Source: Lacrimispora sp. (lineage in GTDB: Bacteria; Bacillota; Clostridia; Lachnospirales; Lachnospiraceae). From it: a DNA stretch of 64,000 bases. This document shows positions 29,332 to 38,719 of this stretch, in pieces. A model generated the notes under the pieces. It saw only the letters and a list, made by a program, of their open reading frames with translations. It was not told the DNA's origin and searched no databases. A program made the position numbers and the translations under genes. Location of the stretch: NCBI RefSeq assembly GCF_047605665.1, contig NZ_JASGFH010000021.1, positions 14,790 to 78,789 on the forward strand, in the 5' to 3' direction. The first letter of the stretch is position 1; every line of letters begins with the position of its first letter.

Positions 29332-30472
29332 AAAATTCTACATTGGGAGAATCCTGTGCAGAAATGATGCAAACCCAGGTCTTTCCCTGGTTCAGGATGA
29401 TCTCGTTATTCTCCATGTCGTAATAATGTGTGGGCCCGCCTTCTCCATCCCTTGTCCACTTGACAGGAATGGCCCGGCCTTCTGTCACATAGCAGCCATA
29501 GGAATCATCCACCACATTGATATTTAAATACTCTGTGGAGGCGTAATGGCCGGAAGGACAGTACTGCAGGATGATGTTTTTGACTTTGACCTGTCCCTCA
29601 TCCCCCATGTGAGCCTTTCCATACTGATATCGGTAGTAAAGTCCGTCCTCCTCATGGTACTCAAACCAGGGCTTATTAATGACATAGGCCGGATAGACCT
29701 TGTAAGCATCTAAAACGCCGGGAGCGCCTTCTAAAGTGACCTCACGCCCTGTTTTGGCAAAACGGTAATGTCCCTGATAAGAGGAATCATAGGCGCCGGA
29801 ATAACCCAGCTTCTCAATGGACTCATTAAGGCGGCTTCCGCTCGTATAAGCGTTATGGGGTGCCTTCCGGTCGTTGGTGCGGAAATAGGCCACAGAGCCG
29901 ATACCATCCAGACCATTGATGTTGTTTAAATTGGATAAGTAAGGCTTTGCAAAGGTACTTTGCCCAAAGTGGGCATAGATGGCATCAAATTCGCGGGCAA
30001 AGTATGTATAATAGGTGCGGCAGCTTCTGACAGAACCGATCCGATTTAAATCGTCGTAGTTTTCCATGATCGCCATATAGCGGTTCATGCCGCCTTCCGC
30101 AGGCGCTTCGTAAACCACATCAGCCCGGTTGATTCCGTACTGGGGAAGGGCCTCTTTGTCGTTGCTCATCATAACGGCAACCGGCCTGCGGTTTCCTTTG
30201 GAAACGTCCACCAGTTCTCCCGTTAAATAGCTGCGGATTTTTCCATCCTTTTCCGTACGTTCTTCAAAGGTATAGTAATCACCGGGGCCCTCTTCCTCAG
30301 AGCTTTCCGCCTTTGTATCGCTGTCAATTTTGATTTCCTTTGTCTCCTGGGAAGCAGCCGTTTCCGTCGATGCCTCACTGGCAGACACTTCCTGATACTT
30401 CTTGCCGCATCCCGATAACAGCAGAGCACACATCATCAGGCCTGCAAACCAAAACCACGCTTTTTTTATCAT
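29318..30472 (-). CDS. DUF3048 (YerB-like) lipoprotein
   Basis: LLLSGC lipobox; RPVAVMMSN, ADVVYEAPAEGGMNR, GSVRSCR, APHNAY, GKTWVCI. Confidence 0.85.
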   Translation of the reverse strand: MIKKAWFWFAGLMMCALLLSGCGKKYQEVSASEASTETAASQETKEIKIDSDTKAESSEEEGPGDYYTFEERTEKDGKIRSYLTGELVDVSKGNRRPVAVMMSNDKEALPQYGINRADVVYEAPAEGGMNRYMAIMENYDDLNRIGSVRSCRTYYTYFAREFDAIYAHFGQSTFAKPYLSNLNNINGLDGIGSVAYFRTNDRKAPHNAYTSGSRLNESIEKLGYSGAYDSSYQGHYRFAKTGREVTLEGAPGVLDAYKVYPAYVINKPWFEYHEEDGLYYRYQYGKAHMGDEGQVKVKNIILQYCPSGHYASTEYLNINVVDDSYGCYVTEGRAIPVKWTRDGEGGPTHYYDMENNEIILNQGKTWVCIISAQDSPNVEFYGKQ

Positions 30473-30966
30473 CTTTCGTATCCTCCCCTGACCAGTATTT
30501 CTTCCTGCTTTTTCTCCATCAGAATCCGCTCTTCATCCTCCATATGGTCATAACCGAAGAGATGAAGCATGCTGTGGGCCGTGAGAAAGGCCAGTTCCCT
30601 GGTCTGGGAATGACCGTATTTCTCCGCCTGCTCCTCCACCTTGTCCACAGATATGACGATATCTCCAAGCATCAGCTCTCCTGTTTCAGGATTAAACCAG
30701 TCTCCGCCCTCTTCCTCCAGAAAATCGAAATCAGAAGGGGTTTCGTATTCCACCATGGGAAAGGAGAGGACATCGGTGGGGTTGTCTATATTGCGGAATT
30801 CCCGGTTGATCTGCTGGATTTCCCGGTTGTCCGTAATCAGTACACTGACTTCCGCTTCGTAAGGGCATTCCTCATAATCCATGGCTTCTTCCACCACTTT
30901 CGTTATAATATCTTCATAAGGAATGTCCAGCTTTTTTTCCGCCTCGTACTCAATATTAATTGTCAT
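30469..30966 (-). CDS. ybeY: rRNA maturation endoribonuclease YbeY
   Basis: DNPTDVLSFP, LGDIVIS, HSMLHLFGYDH. Confidence 0.95.
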   Translation of the reverse strand: MTINIEYEAEKKLDIPYEDIITKVVEEAMDYEECPYEAEVSVLITDNREIQQINREFRNIDNPTDVLSFPMVEYETPSDFDFLEEEGGDWFNPETGELMLGDIVISVDKVEEQAEKYGHSQTRELAFLTAHSMLHLFGYDHMEDEERILMEKKQEEILVRGGYER

Positions 30967-31972
30967 TGCGCGCCTTTCTGCCTGTCACGGTCTTTGTCTT
31001 TCGTTCTTCCGGCTTTTTCTTGGACTCATAAGAATCGTATGCCTGTACGATTTTCTGGACAAGAGGATGACGGACCACGTCGCTGCTGCTCAAATAGCAA
31101 AAGCCGATGTCGTCAATTCTCTTTAACACCCGCACGGCTGTATCAAGACCTGATGTAGCGCCTGCAGGCAGGTCCTTCTGGGTCTGGTCTCCGGTGACGA
31201 TCACCTTTGATCCAAAGCCGATTCTGGTCAGGAACATCTTCATCTGGGCCGGTGTGGTATTCTGGGCCTCATCCAGAATGATATAGGCGTTATCTAAAGT
31301 CCGGCCCCTCATATAAGCCAGGGGAGCCACTTCGATCAGCCCCTTCTCCGAATTGTGAAGGTAGCTCTCCGCTCCCATGATCTGATAAAGGGCATCGTAT
31401 AAGGGCCTCAAATACGGATCGATCTTGCTTTGTAAATCTCCCGGAAGAAAGCCCAGCTTCTCTCCCGCTTCAATGGCAGGCCGGGTCAGGATGATCCGGT
31501 TCACCTCTCCGTTTTTAAAAGCCTGGATGGCCATGGCCATAGCCAGGTAGGTCTTTCCGGTTCCTGCCGGCCCTATGCCGAAAACGATCATCTTTTTGCG
31601 GATCTGATCCACATAATGCTTCTGTCCCATGGTCTTTGGCTTTACCGGTTTTCCTGCCACAGTCCTGCATACAATATCTTTGTCAATTTCCAGAATCTGG
31701 CCTTCACTGTCGGAAAATGACAGGGAAAGGGCATAGTCCACGTTTTGCTCAGTGATGACATTTCCCCGCTTGGAAAGCTCGATCAAGTTGCTGAATACGC
31801 TTTTTGCTCTCTGGACCATCTGCTCCGGTCCTATGATCTTAAGAGCCCCATCCCGTCCGATCATGGTGACGTGAAGAGTTCTTTCAATCTTCTTTAAATA
31901 GCTGTCGAATTGTCCGCAGACATTTTTTTCGTGTTCCACCGGAATATCTATGATTGTCTCAATTACGCTCAT
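30956..31972 (-). CDS. phoH: PhoH family ATPase
   Basis: GPAGTGKT, LTRPAIEAGE.LGFLPG, YMRGRT, DEAQN, GDQTQKD. Confidence 0.93.
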   Translation of the reverse strand: MSVIETIIDIPVEHEKNVCGQFDSYLKKIERTLHVTMIGRDGALKIIGPEQMVQRAKSVFSNLIELSKRGNVITEQNVDYALSLSFSDSEGQILEIDKDIVCRTVAGKPVKPKTMGQKHYVDQIRKKMIVFGIGPAGTGKTYLAMAMAIQAFKNGEVNRIILTRPAIEAGEKLGFLPGDLQSKIDPYLRPLYDALYQIMGAESYLHNSEKGLIEVAPLAYMRGRTLDNAYIILDEAQNTTPAQMKMFLTRIGFGSKVIVTGDQTQKDLPAGATSGLDTAVRVLKRIDDIGFCYLSSSDVVRHPLVQKIVQAYDSYESKKKPEERKTKTVTGRKARNDN

Positions 31973-33202
31973 CTATTGACTGGTCTCCTTTGGCTCCTCT
32001 GTTCTTTGTATCTCAAGCCCTTCCCGCCTGCCTATAGGCTCCTCTGCCACAAAATCTATGGCAGCCTGGCATAGAGATTCGTTATCTAGTATTCTAACAT
32101 GATTTTCCAGAATTTGTACCCCTTTTTCCAATAATTTTTTTTTCAGTCTTTCATTCATCTCATCAGCGAGCTGCTTTTTTTCCTCCTCCTTGTAGGGGCG
32201 TTCATAGGAAATGTATTCTTTTCCGATTATTGTTCCAAAATAAGCTGGAAGATAAAAATTCTGAAACAAATGAAGCTGTTCTTCTTCCATGGTGATCTTC
32301 CATGTGGTTCCCTCTGCCCTTGGCTGGATGAGGAGAAGGGAATAGTCAAAAACTTTCCCATATAAGCCCCTTCTGGTTTTTCCTGTTTCCACGTCGATTT
32401 TCTGCAAAAGGGGAATCTGCTTTGTGAAATGGTATTCTGTTCTGGCAGTAATGTCCGCATCAGAGCGGATATAGTGAACATTCATGATCTCTTCGCTGTC
32501 TCCGATGATGGGAAGGACGCCGCTGACCAGCACCTGTCCCTTTACCACCTGATCCCCGATGGCCGCCTTTGGCACGCCGCTTCGCACGATCATGGAGGTG
32601 ATCACCCCGTCTTTTTCCGCCACAATATTACAGGGAGTCTCATCCTTTGCAGGAATCTCAGACAGCACCTCATTTTCCTTTATCTTAACCAAAAGCCTGG
32701 TTCCTGATACCCTGGCCGATACCCAGGTGATTTCCGGAAAATTCGTCCGGAGAGCTTCCTCCAGGGCGTCACAGTCAATGTTCGACTTTCTCATTCCATA
32801 ATGGATTTCTTCTGACTCAAAATACTTCAAAAGGGTGTCATAGGTATACATCCGGTTTCCTTCAAATTCAATGTCCCAGATAAAGAGGGAGAGGCAGTAA
32901 AGAAGGATAAAAAAGCCTGCAAAACCCGCACCGTACGCCTTTCTCTTCCGGTTTCGGTATAAAAAAAAAGGAAGTCCAAACTTTTTTAATATCCTAAGTC
33001 TGACCTTCGATTTACGGACCAGGGGCTTGATCTTTCGAAACCCTTTCACTGACATGAAAAAACGGTAAGAGGACCCCGTATTTACAATCTTCCACAATTC
33101 AATTTCATGAACGCTGCATATATTGAAGAAACGTTCCGGAGAAAATCCGGTCAGTTCCACAAAAAGATATCCAAATATGTAACGGTTCAGCCACATAATC
33201 AT
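31973..33202 (-). CDS. yqfD: sporulation protein YqfD (start moved to MIMWL)
   Basis: PERFFNIC, GLPFFL, IWDIEFEGN, ITWVSA, NIVAEKDGVI, VLVSG; GGAGGTGA SD; yqfC-yqfD-phoH synteny. Confidence 0.85.
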   Translation of the reverse strand: MIMWLNRYIFGYLFVELTGFSPERFFNICSVHEIELWKIVNTGSSYRFFMSVKGFRKIKPLVRKSKVRLRILKKFGLPFFLYRNRKRKAYGAGFAGFFILLYCLSLFIWDIEFEGNRMYTYDTLLKYFESEEIHYGMRKSNIDCDALEEALRTNFPEITWVSARVSGTRLLVKIKENEVLSEIPAKDETPCNIVAEKDGVITSMIVRSGVPKAAIGDQVVKGQVLVSGVLPIIGDSEEIMNVHYIRSDADITARTEYHFTKQIPLLQKIDVETGKTRRGLYGKVFDYSLLLIQPRAEGTTWKITMEEEQLHLFQNFYLPAYFGTIIGKEYISYERPYKEEEKKQLADEMNERLKKKLLEKGVQILENHVRILDNESLCQAAIDFVAEEPIGRREGLEIQRTEEPKETSQ

Positions 33203-33224
33203 TTGCCTCACCTCCTTTTGCCTG

Positions 33225-33509
33225 TTATTCAAACTCCAGGGATTTTATGTAGCCGGTGATCTTCATTTCCTCCCCGGTGTAATATTCGATCATCAGCCGG
33301 TTTCCGGTAATAATCACCCGGCAGTTTTTGGCCTGAAGCTTGATGGAACAATCCGTGTAGAGAATGATGCTCCGGTAGTTTTCAATGACAACGCTGCGGC
33401 GTCCTAAAAAGGATATGAGCACCTCGCCCAAGACCACATCCTTGGGAAGCCTTAAAGCGGAAGCTGCCTTTTCCTTTGATCCCTCCAACATATCCATACG
33501 CCTTTCCAT
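33225..33509 (-). CDS. yqfC: YabP/YqfC family sporulation protein
   Basis: LPKDVVLG...VVIENYRSII...ITGNRLMIEY...ITG.I. Confidence 0.85.
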   Translation of the reverse strand: MERRMDMLEGSKEKAASALRLPKDVVLGEVLISFLGRRSVVIENYRSIILYTDCSIKLQAKNCRVIITGNRLMIEYYTGEEMKITGYIKSLEFE

Positions 33510-33519
33510 TCTGCTTCCC

Positions 33520-33552
33520 TACACTATATGCAGACAAAAGCGGGAAAATTCT
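33520..33552 (-). promoter_or_regulatory. putative sigma-E promoter of yqfC-yqfD
   Basis: -10 CATATAGT (33523-33530), identical to that upstream of spoIVA; -35 weak. Confidence 0.5.
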
Positions 33553-33571
33553 ATCGCCCTCCAAAAGTCGA

Positions 33572-33605
33572 AAAAACCCCTGGTCATGCCGAAACATGAC
33601 CAGGG
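33572..33605 (-). terminator. intrinsic terminator after rpsU
   Basis: CCCTGGTCATG-6 nt-CATGACCAGGG (33578-33605) followed by a T-tract on minus strand. Confidence 0.85.
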
Positions 33606-33621
33606 ATTCATCTTTTAACAA

Positions 33622-33798
33622 TTAGTTATATTTACGTTTTCTTGCAGCTTCAGACTTTTTCTTACGTCTTACGCTTGGTTTCTCGTAATGCTCTCTCTTA
33701 CGAATTTCCTGCTGGATACCTGCTTTTGCACAGTTTCTTTTGAATCTGCGTAAAGCACTATCTAAGGTCTCGTTATCTTTAACGATTACATTTGACAT
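33622..33798 (-). CDS. rpsU: 30S ribosomal protein S21 (58 aa, absent from ORF track)
   Basis: Hand translation [58 protein letters not shown]. Confidence 0.98.
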   Translation of the reverse strand: MSNVIVKDNETLDSALRRFKRNCAKAGIQQEIRKREHYEKPSVRRKKKSEAARKRKYN

Positions 33799-33874
33799 AG
33801 CTCACACCTAACCTCCCTCCAGTTGTGTACTTGTGCATAATACAACTGTTTGGGTATTTTATAGCACTGATATG

Positions 33875-33902
33875 ATTATAGCATAATTTTGCCATTCGTC
33901 AA
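33875..33902 (-). promoter_or_regulatory. sigma-A promoter of rpsU
   Basis: TTGACG-16 bp-TATAAT with TGn extension, A/T-rich upstream. Confidence 0.7.
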
Positions 33903-33943
33903 GAAAAAAATTATTATTTTTTCAATTATCGTCACAGAACCGG

Positions 33944-36583
33944 TTATTTCACCTGTTCTGCAACTACTTCGTAAACCTTTTCAAGACACGTGTCAACTCC
34001 TGCCGGATTCTTGCCGCCGGCCTGAGCCATATTAGGCCGTCCGCCGCCGCCGCCGCCCACGAAAGAGGCAATGGCTTTGATCAAGTTTCCTGCGTGAGCG
34101 CCCTTTTTCTGCGCTTCATCTGTGGCAGAAGCCATTAAGTTCACCTTGCCATCCTGAATGGAGGCAATGACAACGACGCCTTCTCCCAACTGATCTTTTA
34201 ACTGGTCTCCCAAATTGCGAAGGCCGTTCATATCCACGTCGAGAACCTTTGTGGCAAGAACCTTGACTCCGTTTACTTCTCTGATCTGATCTGCCACATT
34301 GCCGAGGGAATCATTTGCCAGCTTGCTCTTTAATTTCTCATTTTCAGAATGAAGGGCTTTGATTTCTTCCATAAGGGATTCGATCTTTGCAGTCAGGGTG
34401 GAAGGAGTTGCCTTGGCTGCCCTTGCGGCCTCGTGAAGCTCTCTTTCCGTATCCTGATAATAACGTGTCAGACCGTCTCCTGTTAAGGCTTCGATTCTGC
34501 GGACTCCGGCTGCGATTCCTGTCTCTGAAAGAATCTTAAATGCGCCGATGACTCCTGTATTGGAAATATGGGTTCCGCCGCAAAGCTCGGTGGAGAAATC
34601 GCCCATCCGCACCACGCGGACTGTCTCCCCGTACTTCTCTCCAAAGAGAGCCATAGCTCCGGCTTTTTTTGCATCGTCCAGGTTCATGACCTCAGTCTTT
34701 ACAGCCAGGCTTTCCTTGATCTTTTCATTGACAAGGGCCTCCACCTGGAAAATCTCCTCCGGTGTCAGAGCTGAAAAATGAGTGAAGTCAAAACGCAGCT
34801 TATCCTTATCCACAAAAGAGCCAGCCTGCTCTACATGGCTTCCTAATACGGTTCTTAACGCCTTCTGAAGAAGGTGGGTAGCGCTGTGGTTCTTTCCTGT
34901 ATTCTGGCGGTTTTCTTCGCTCACACGCAGGGTGACCGCATCTCCGCTTTGAAGCATTCCACGCACCATCTTTCCTACATGGCCTACCTTGCCGCCCTGT
35001 AAGTGAATGGTATCTTCTACCTTGAATTCTCCCTTTTCATTGCAGATATAGCCCACATCGCCCTGCTGGCCGCCCATGGTGCCGTAAAACGGAGTCTTTT
35101 CCGTTACAATGGTTCCCAGTTCCCCGTCAGTTAAGGCTTCCACCACCTCTGTCTCTGTGGTGAGAGCGGAAATGGAAGAATCCAGCACTAATGTGTCATA
35201 ACCTGCAAATTCTGTCGTAAGAGCCGGGTCAAGGGACTGGTATACGGTCACATCTGCGCCCATGTAATTGGTGGTCTTTCTGGCGTTTCTGGCAGTTTCC
35301 CTCTGCTTTTTCATAGCAGCCTGGAAGCCGTCTTCATCTACGCTGAAATTCTTCTCTTCCAGAATCTCCAATGTCAGATCGAGAGGGAATCCATAGGTAT
35401 CATATAATTTGAAGGCATTTTCTCCGGAAAGAACGGTTTCGCCGTTCTTTACCATCTCCTCCTGTAAATCATTTAAAATGGCAAGTCCCTGGTCAATGGT
35501 CTTGTTGAATTTATCCTCTTCCTGGGTGAGAACCTTTAAGATCATGGCCTTTTTCTCGTCCAGCTCAGGATATCCGTCTTTGGATAACGTGATGACGGTT
35601 TCAGAAAGCTCTGCCAGGAATTTTCCTTCGATTCCAAGGAGTTTTCCGTGACGGGCTGCTCTTCTTAACAGACGGCGCAGTACATAGCCTCTGCCTTCGT
35701 TGGAAGGCATGATTCCGTCTGAAATCATAAAGGTACAGGAACGGATGTGGTCTGTGATCAGACGCAGGGAAACATCCACCTGGTAATCCTCTTTGTAGGT
35801 CTTGCCTGCCAGCTCTCCGACTCTTGTTAAAAGGGCCTTTATGGTATCCACATCAAAGATGGAATCCACATCCTGAACCACCACTGCCAGACGCTCAAGA
35901 CCCATGCCTGTATCGATATTCTTCTGCTTTAATTCTTCATAATGGCCCTTGCCGTCGCTTTCAAACTGGGTGAATACGTTATTCCACACCTCAATATAGC
36001 GGTCGCATTCGCAGCCAACGGTACACTCCGGCTTTCCGCAGCCGTATTTCTCGCCTCTGTCATAGTAAATCTCAGAACATGGGCCGCAGGGGCCTGCGCC
36101 GTGCTCCCAGAAGTTGTCTTCCTTGCCGAAGCGGAAAATATTCTCAGGGGCAATGCCGATTTCTTTATTCCATATATCAAAGGCTTCATCATCCTCTAAA
36201 TATACTGACGGATAGAGCCTGTCCGCTTCCAGTCCTACCACCTGGGTCATAAATTCCCATGACCACTGGATGGCTTCTTTCTTAAAATAATCTCCAAAGG
36301 AGAAGTTTCCGAGCATTTCAAAAAAAGTGCCGTGGCGGGCTGTCTTGCCTACATTTTCAATATCGCCTGTACGGATACACTTCTGGCAGGTGGTCACCCT
36401 GTTTCTGGGGGGAATCTCCTGGCCTGTAAAATATGGTTTAAGGGGAGCCATGCCTGAGTTGATCAGCAGCAGGCTGTTATCGTTATGGGGAACCAGGGAA
36501 AAGCTTTTCATCGCCAGATGTCCCTTACTTTCAAAAAATTCAAGGAACATTTTCCTCAGTTCATTTACACCGTACTTCTTCAC
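33944..36583 (-). CDS. alaS: alanine--tRNA ligase (GTG start)
   Basis: NSGMAPLK, HGTFFEMLGNFSFGDYFK, DTGMGLER, NHSATHLL, ELCGGTH, GVRRIEA, GGGGGRPNMAQAGG. Confidence 0.98.
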   Translation of the reverse strand: MKKYGVNELRKMFLEFFESKGHLAMKSFSLVPHNDNSLLLINSGMAPLKPYFTGQEIPPRNRVTTCQKCIRTGDIENVGKTARHGTFFEMLGNFSFGDYFKKEAIQWSWEFMTQVVGLEADRLYPSVYLEDDEAFDIWNKEIGIAPENIFRFGKEDNFWEHGAGPCGPCSEIYYDRGEKYGCGKPECTVGCECDRYIEVWNNVFTQFESDGKGHYEELKQKNIDTGMGLERLAVVVQDVDSIFDVDTIKALLTRVGELAGKTYKEDYQVDVSLRLITDHIRSCTFMISDGIMPSNEGRGYVLRRLLRRAARHGKLLGIEGKFLAELSETVITLSKDGYPELDEKKAMILKVLTQEEDKFNKTIDQGLAILNDLQEEMVKNGETVLSGENAFKLYDTYGFPLDLTLEILEEKNFSVDEDGFQAAMKKQRETARNARKTTNYMGADVTVYQSLDPALTTEFAGYDTLVLDSSISALTTETEVVEALTDGELGTIVTEKTPFYGTMGGQQGDVGYICNEKGEFKVEDTIHLQGGKVGHVGKMVRGMLQSGDAVTLRVSEENRQNTGKNHSATHLLQKALRTVLGSHVEQAGSFVDKDKLRFDFTHFSALTPEEIFQVEALVNEKIKESLAVKTEVMNLDDAKKAGAMALFGEKYGETVRVVRMGDFSTELCGGTHISNTGVIGAFKILSETGIAAGVRRIEALTGDGLTRYYQDTERELHEAARAAKATPSTLTAKIESLMEEIKALHSENEKLKSKLANDSLGNVADQIREVNGVKVLATKVLDVDMNGLRNLGDQLKDQLGEGVVVIASIQDGKVNLMASATDEAQKKGAHAGNLIKAIASFVGGGGGGRPNMAQAGGKNPAGVDTCLEKVYEVVAEQVK

Positions 36584-36601
36584 GTTACTGTCCTCCGTTT
36601 A

Positions 36602-36751
36602 CTATTTTGTCTCTGCTATCACATCGCCGGCCTTGCCTGCATCTTTGTGATCTCTGTATTTTTTTCCGCATACAATTCCGCCCAGGGCAATGGCAAGAAA
36701 AACCAGAAATTTGATTGCGGTTTCCATAAAACTTCCAAATATTGCTGTCAT
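36602..36751 (-). CDS. small single-pass membrane protein (49 aa, absent from ORF track)
   Basis: MTAIFGSFMETAIKFLVFLAIALGGIVCGKKYRDHKDAGKAGDVIAETK*; GGGAGGAAG SD; ends 18 nt before alaS. Confidence 0.72.
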   Translation of the reverse strand: MTAIFGSFMETAIKFLVFLAIALGGIVCGKKYRDHKDAGKAGDVIAETK

Positions 36752-36794
36752 ATTTCTTCCTCCCGAAAGTTTATATAGTACGACTCATTTTACT

Positions 36795-36823
36795 ATCCTA
36801 TCACAAGGAATTTTATTTATCAA
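36795..36823 (-). promoter_or_regulatory. putative sigma-A promoter of small ORF-alaS
   Basis: TTGATA-17 bp-TAGGAT with TGn extension. Confidence 0.6.
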
Positions 36824-36854
36824 GATATACCTTGGGAATTTTTTTTGCTCAAAC

Positions 36855-36903
36855 AAAAAGCGCCTTGGAAAATGGCTTTTACAGCCTTATCAAGACGCTT
36901 TTT
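36855..36903 (-). terminator. long hairpin terminator closing the carbohydrate operon
   Basis: AAAAAGCG(C/T)CTTG ... CAAGACGCTTTTT inverted repeat (one GU on minus strand) with T-tracts. Confidence 0.7.
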
Positions 36904-36923
36904 ACAGTATTTCCGGCTTTTTT

Positions 36924-38711
36924 TTACCTCAGGGCCATTTGAAGCCGTTCCATCTCATAGAATTCACCCTTTAATTCCATAAGTTCCTGATAGCTCCCTT
37001 CCTCCCGGATCTTGCCTTTGTCCAGAACCACGATCCGGTCCGCCCCTCTTACGGTAGACAGTCTGTGAGCTACAATAAAGGTAGTCCTGCCCTTAATGAG
37101 CCGGTCCAGGGCATCCTGGATCTCTTTTTCGGAAATGGTATCCAGAGCCGATGTAGCCTCATCGAGAATAATCACTTTGGGATCCCGTATAATAGCCCGT
37201 GCAATGGAGATTCTCTGCCTCTGGCCGCCGCTTAAATTGCCTCCGTGCTCTCCGATCATGGTATCCAGCCCCTGGGGAAGCTTTGCGATAACTGATTTTA
37301 AATTTGCTGCTTCTACGGCATGGTTAAGGGCTTCTTCCGTCACATCCTCCAGGCCGTATATAATATTTTCCCTGACTGTACCGGAAAAAAGCACCGGTGT
37401 CTGAGGCACCACGGAGATAAACCTCCGATAGCTTCTTAAATTAATATCATTGATATCCAGCCCGTCAATCAGCAGCCTTCCATCCGTAGGGGTGATAAAG
37501 CCGATGATTAAATTCAGCACCGTGGTCTTTCCGGAACCTGATTCTCCCACCAGGGCGATAGTCTCTCCCGCCTTCACCTTCCATTCAAAACCGTGAAGCA
37601 CCTGTTCCTCAGAACCGTGATAGGAGAACTTCACGTTGTGAAAGGCGTAGTTCCCCTTCAATTCCTTCATTTCCGTCTTTCCCTCGTTCCGCTCCACATC
37701 CTCAGAAGCCAGAACCTCACCGATGGAGGTGACGGATTCCATTCCCTTTGTTAGAATCGGAAGAAGGTTTATGAGAGAGGTGAACTGGTTGACCACAGTC
37801 GTAAAGCTGGACTGGTAAAATGCCACATCCCCCACCTTAACAAGTCCGTTTAAGGCCATAACACCGGAAAATCCCAGGCATAAAGCCTGAAACACCTGAA
37901 ATATACACCAGCTCACTGCGCCGAAATGGGCCTGAATCATATCCAGACGGTATCCCTTTTCTGCCGTTTCTCTAAGCTGTTCCCGGATTTTTTCAACTTC
38001 CTTTTTTTCCAGGGCATGAGCTCTTGTGACAGGAACCAGTTCCACCATCTCCATAACCTTTGCGCTGGTCTCCTCCATTTCCCGGCGGAATGCCCGGTTT
38101 TCTCTGTGTATCCTTTTTCGGAAGGCGATGATGGTGATAGAGCTCACCGGAGCCACCAAAAGAAAGAACAAAAGCACGATCCGGTTCTTTGCAGCCGTTA
38201 AGGACAAGGTGATTACCAGGTTCATGAAGATATTCATCATGCTGACGAAAAGCTGGGCAGATAAGGTTTCCACCGCCTCCACATCCCGGATGATCTTGGA
38301 CTGAAGCCGTCCGGACTGGGTCTCCGTGTGGTAGGGGATGGACAACTCCTGGAGCTTTCTCACCAGGGCCCCGCGCAGGCCTGCCTCGGTTTTCCTTATG
38401 ACCCGGCTGACATACATATTATGAAGCCAGTTGGCTGGCAGGTGGACAACCAAAAGTCCCAGCCAGATGGCCACGTTGAGGAAAATAGCGTGTTTTCCGG
38501 CTTCTCCTCCTTCCATGACCCCATTTATCACATTGGCGATCAGCAGGGCGGAAAGCAGGCTGGGCGCATGCTTTATGACGAAAAAGAAGGTGGAAATAAA
38601 AAACTTATGGTACTGGCCCCTGTAAAAGCTGAAAAGAACCATGACTGAGCGGTCTCCGTACTTTTGATAGCTGCGGACAAACCGGCGCTCAATGTCTTCA
38701 TATTTTTCCAT
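36924..38711 (-). CDS. ABC exporter half-transporter (TMD+NBD, MsbA/multidrug-like)
   Basis: N-terminal TM bundle, GESGSGKTT, LSGGQRQRI, ILDEATSALD, IVAHRLST. Confidence 0.9.
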   Translation of the reverse strand: MEKYEDIERRFVRSYQKYGDRSVMVLFSFYRGQYHKFFISTFFFVIKHAPSLLSALLIANVINGVMEGGEAGKHAIFLNVAIWLGLLVVHLPANWLHNMYVSRVIRKTEAGLRGALVRKLQELSIPYHTETQSGRLQSKIIRDVEAVETLSAQLFVSMMNIFMNLVITLSLTAAKNRIVLLFFLLVAPVSSITIIAFRKRIHRENRAFRREMEETSAKVMEMVELVPVTRAHALEKKEVEKIREQLRETAEKGYRLDMIQAHFGAVSWCIFQVFQALCLGFSGVMALNGLVKVGDVAFYQSSFTTVVNQFTSLINLLPILTKGMESVTSIGEVLASEDVERNEGKTEMKELKGNYAFHNVKFSYHGSEEQVLHGFEWKVKAGETIALVGESGSGKTTVLNLIIGFITPTDGRLLIDGLDINDINLRSYRRFISVVPQTPVLFSGTVRENIIYGLEDVTEEALNHAVEAANLKSVIAKLPQGLDTMIGEHGGNLSGGQRQRISIARAIIRDPKVIILDEATSALDTISEKEIQDALDRLIKGRTTFIVAHRLSTVRGADRIVVLDKGKIREEGSYQELMELKGEFYEMERLQMALR

Positions 38712-38719
38712 AGCCGCTC

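Noticed and set aside
30340-31158. 272-aa plus-strand ORF
   Set aside because: Antisense shadow of ybeY/phoH/DUF3048 with no recognisable motif or SD.
36584-36920. T-box riboswitch before alaS
   Set aside because: No T-box consensus, specifier stem or leader terminator; the space holds a small ORF, its promoter and the upstream terminator.
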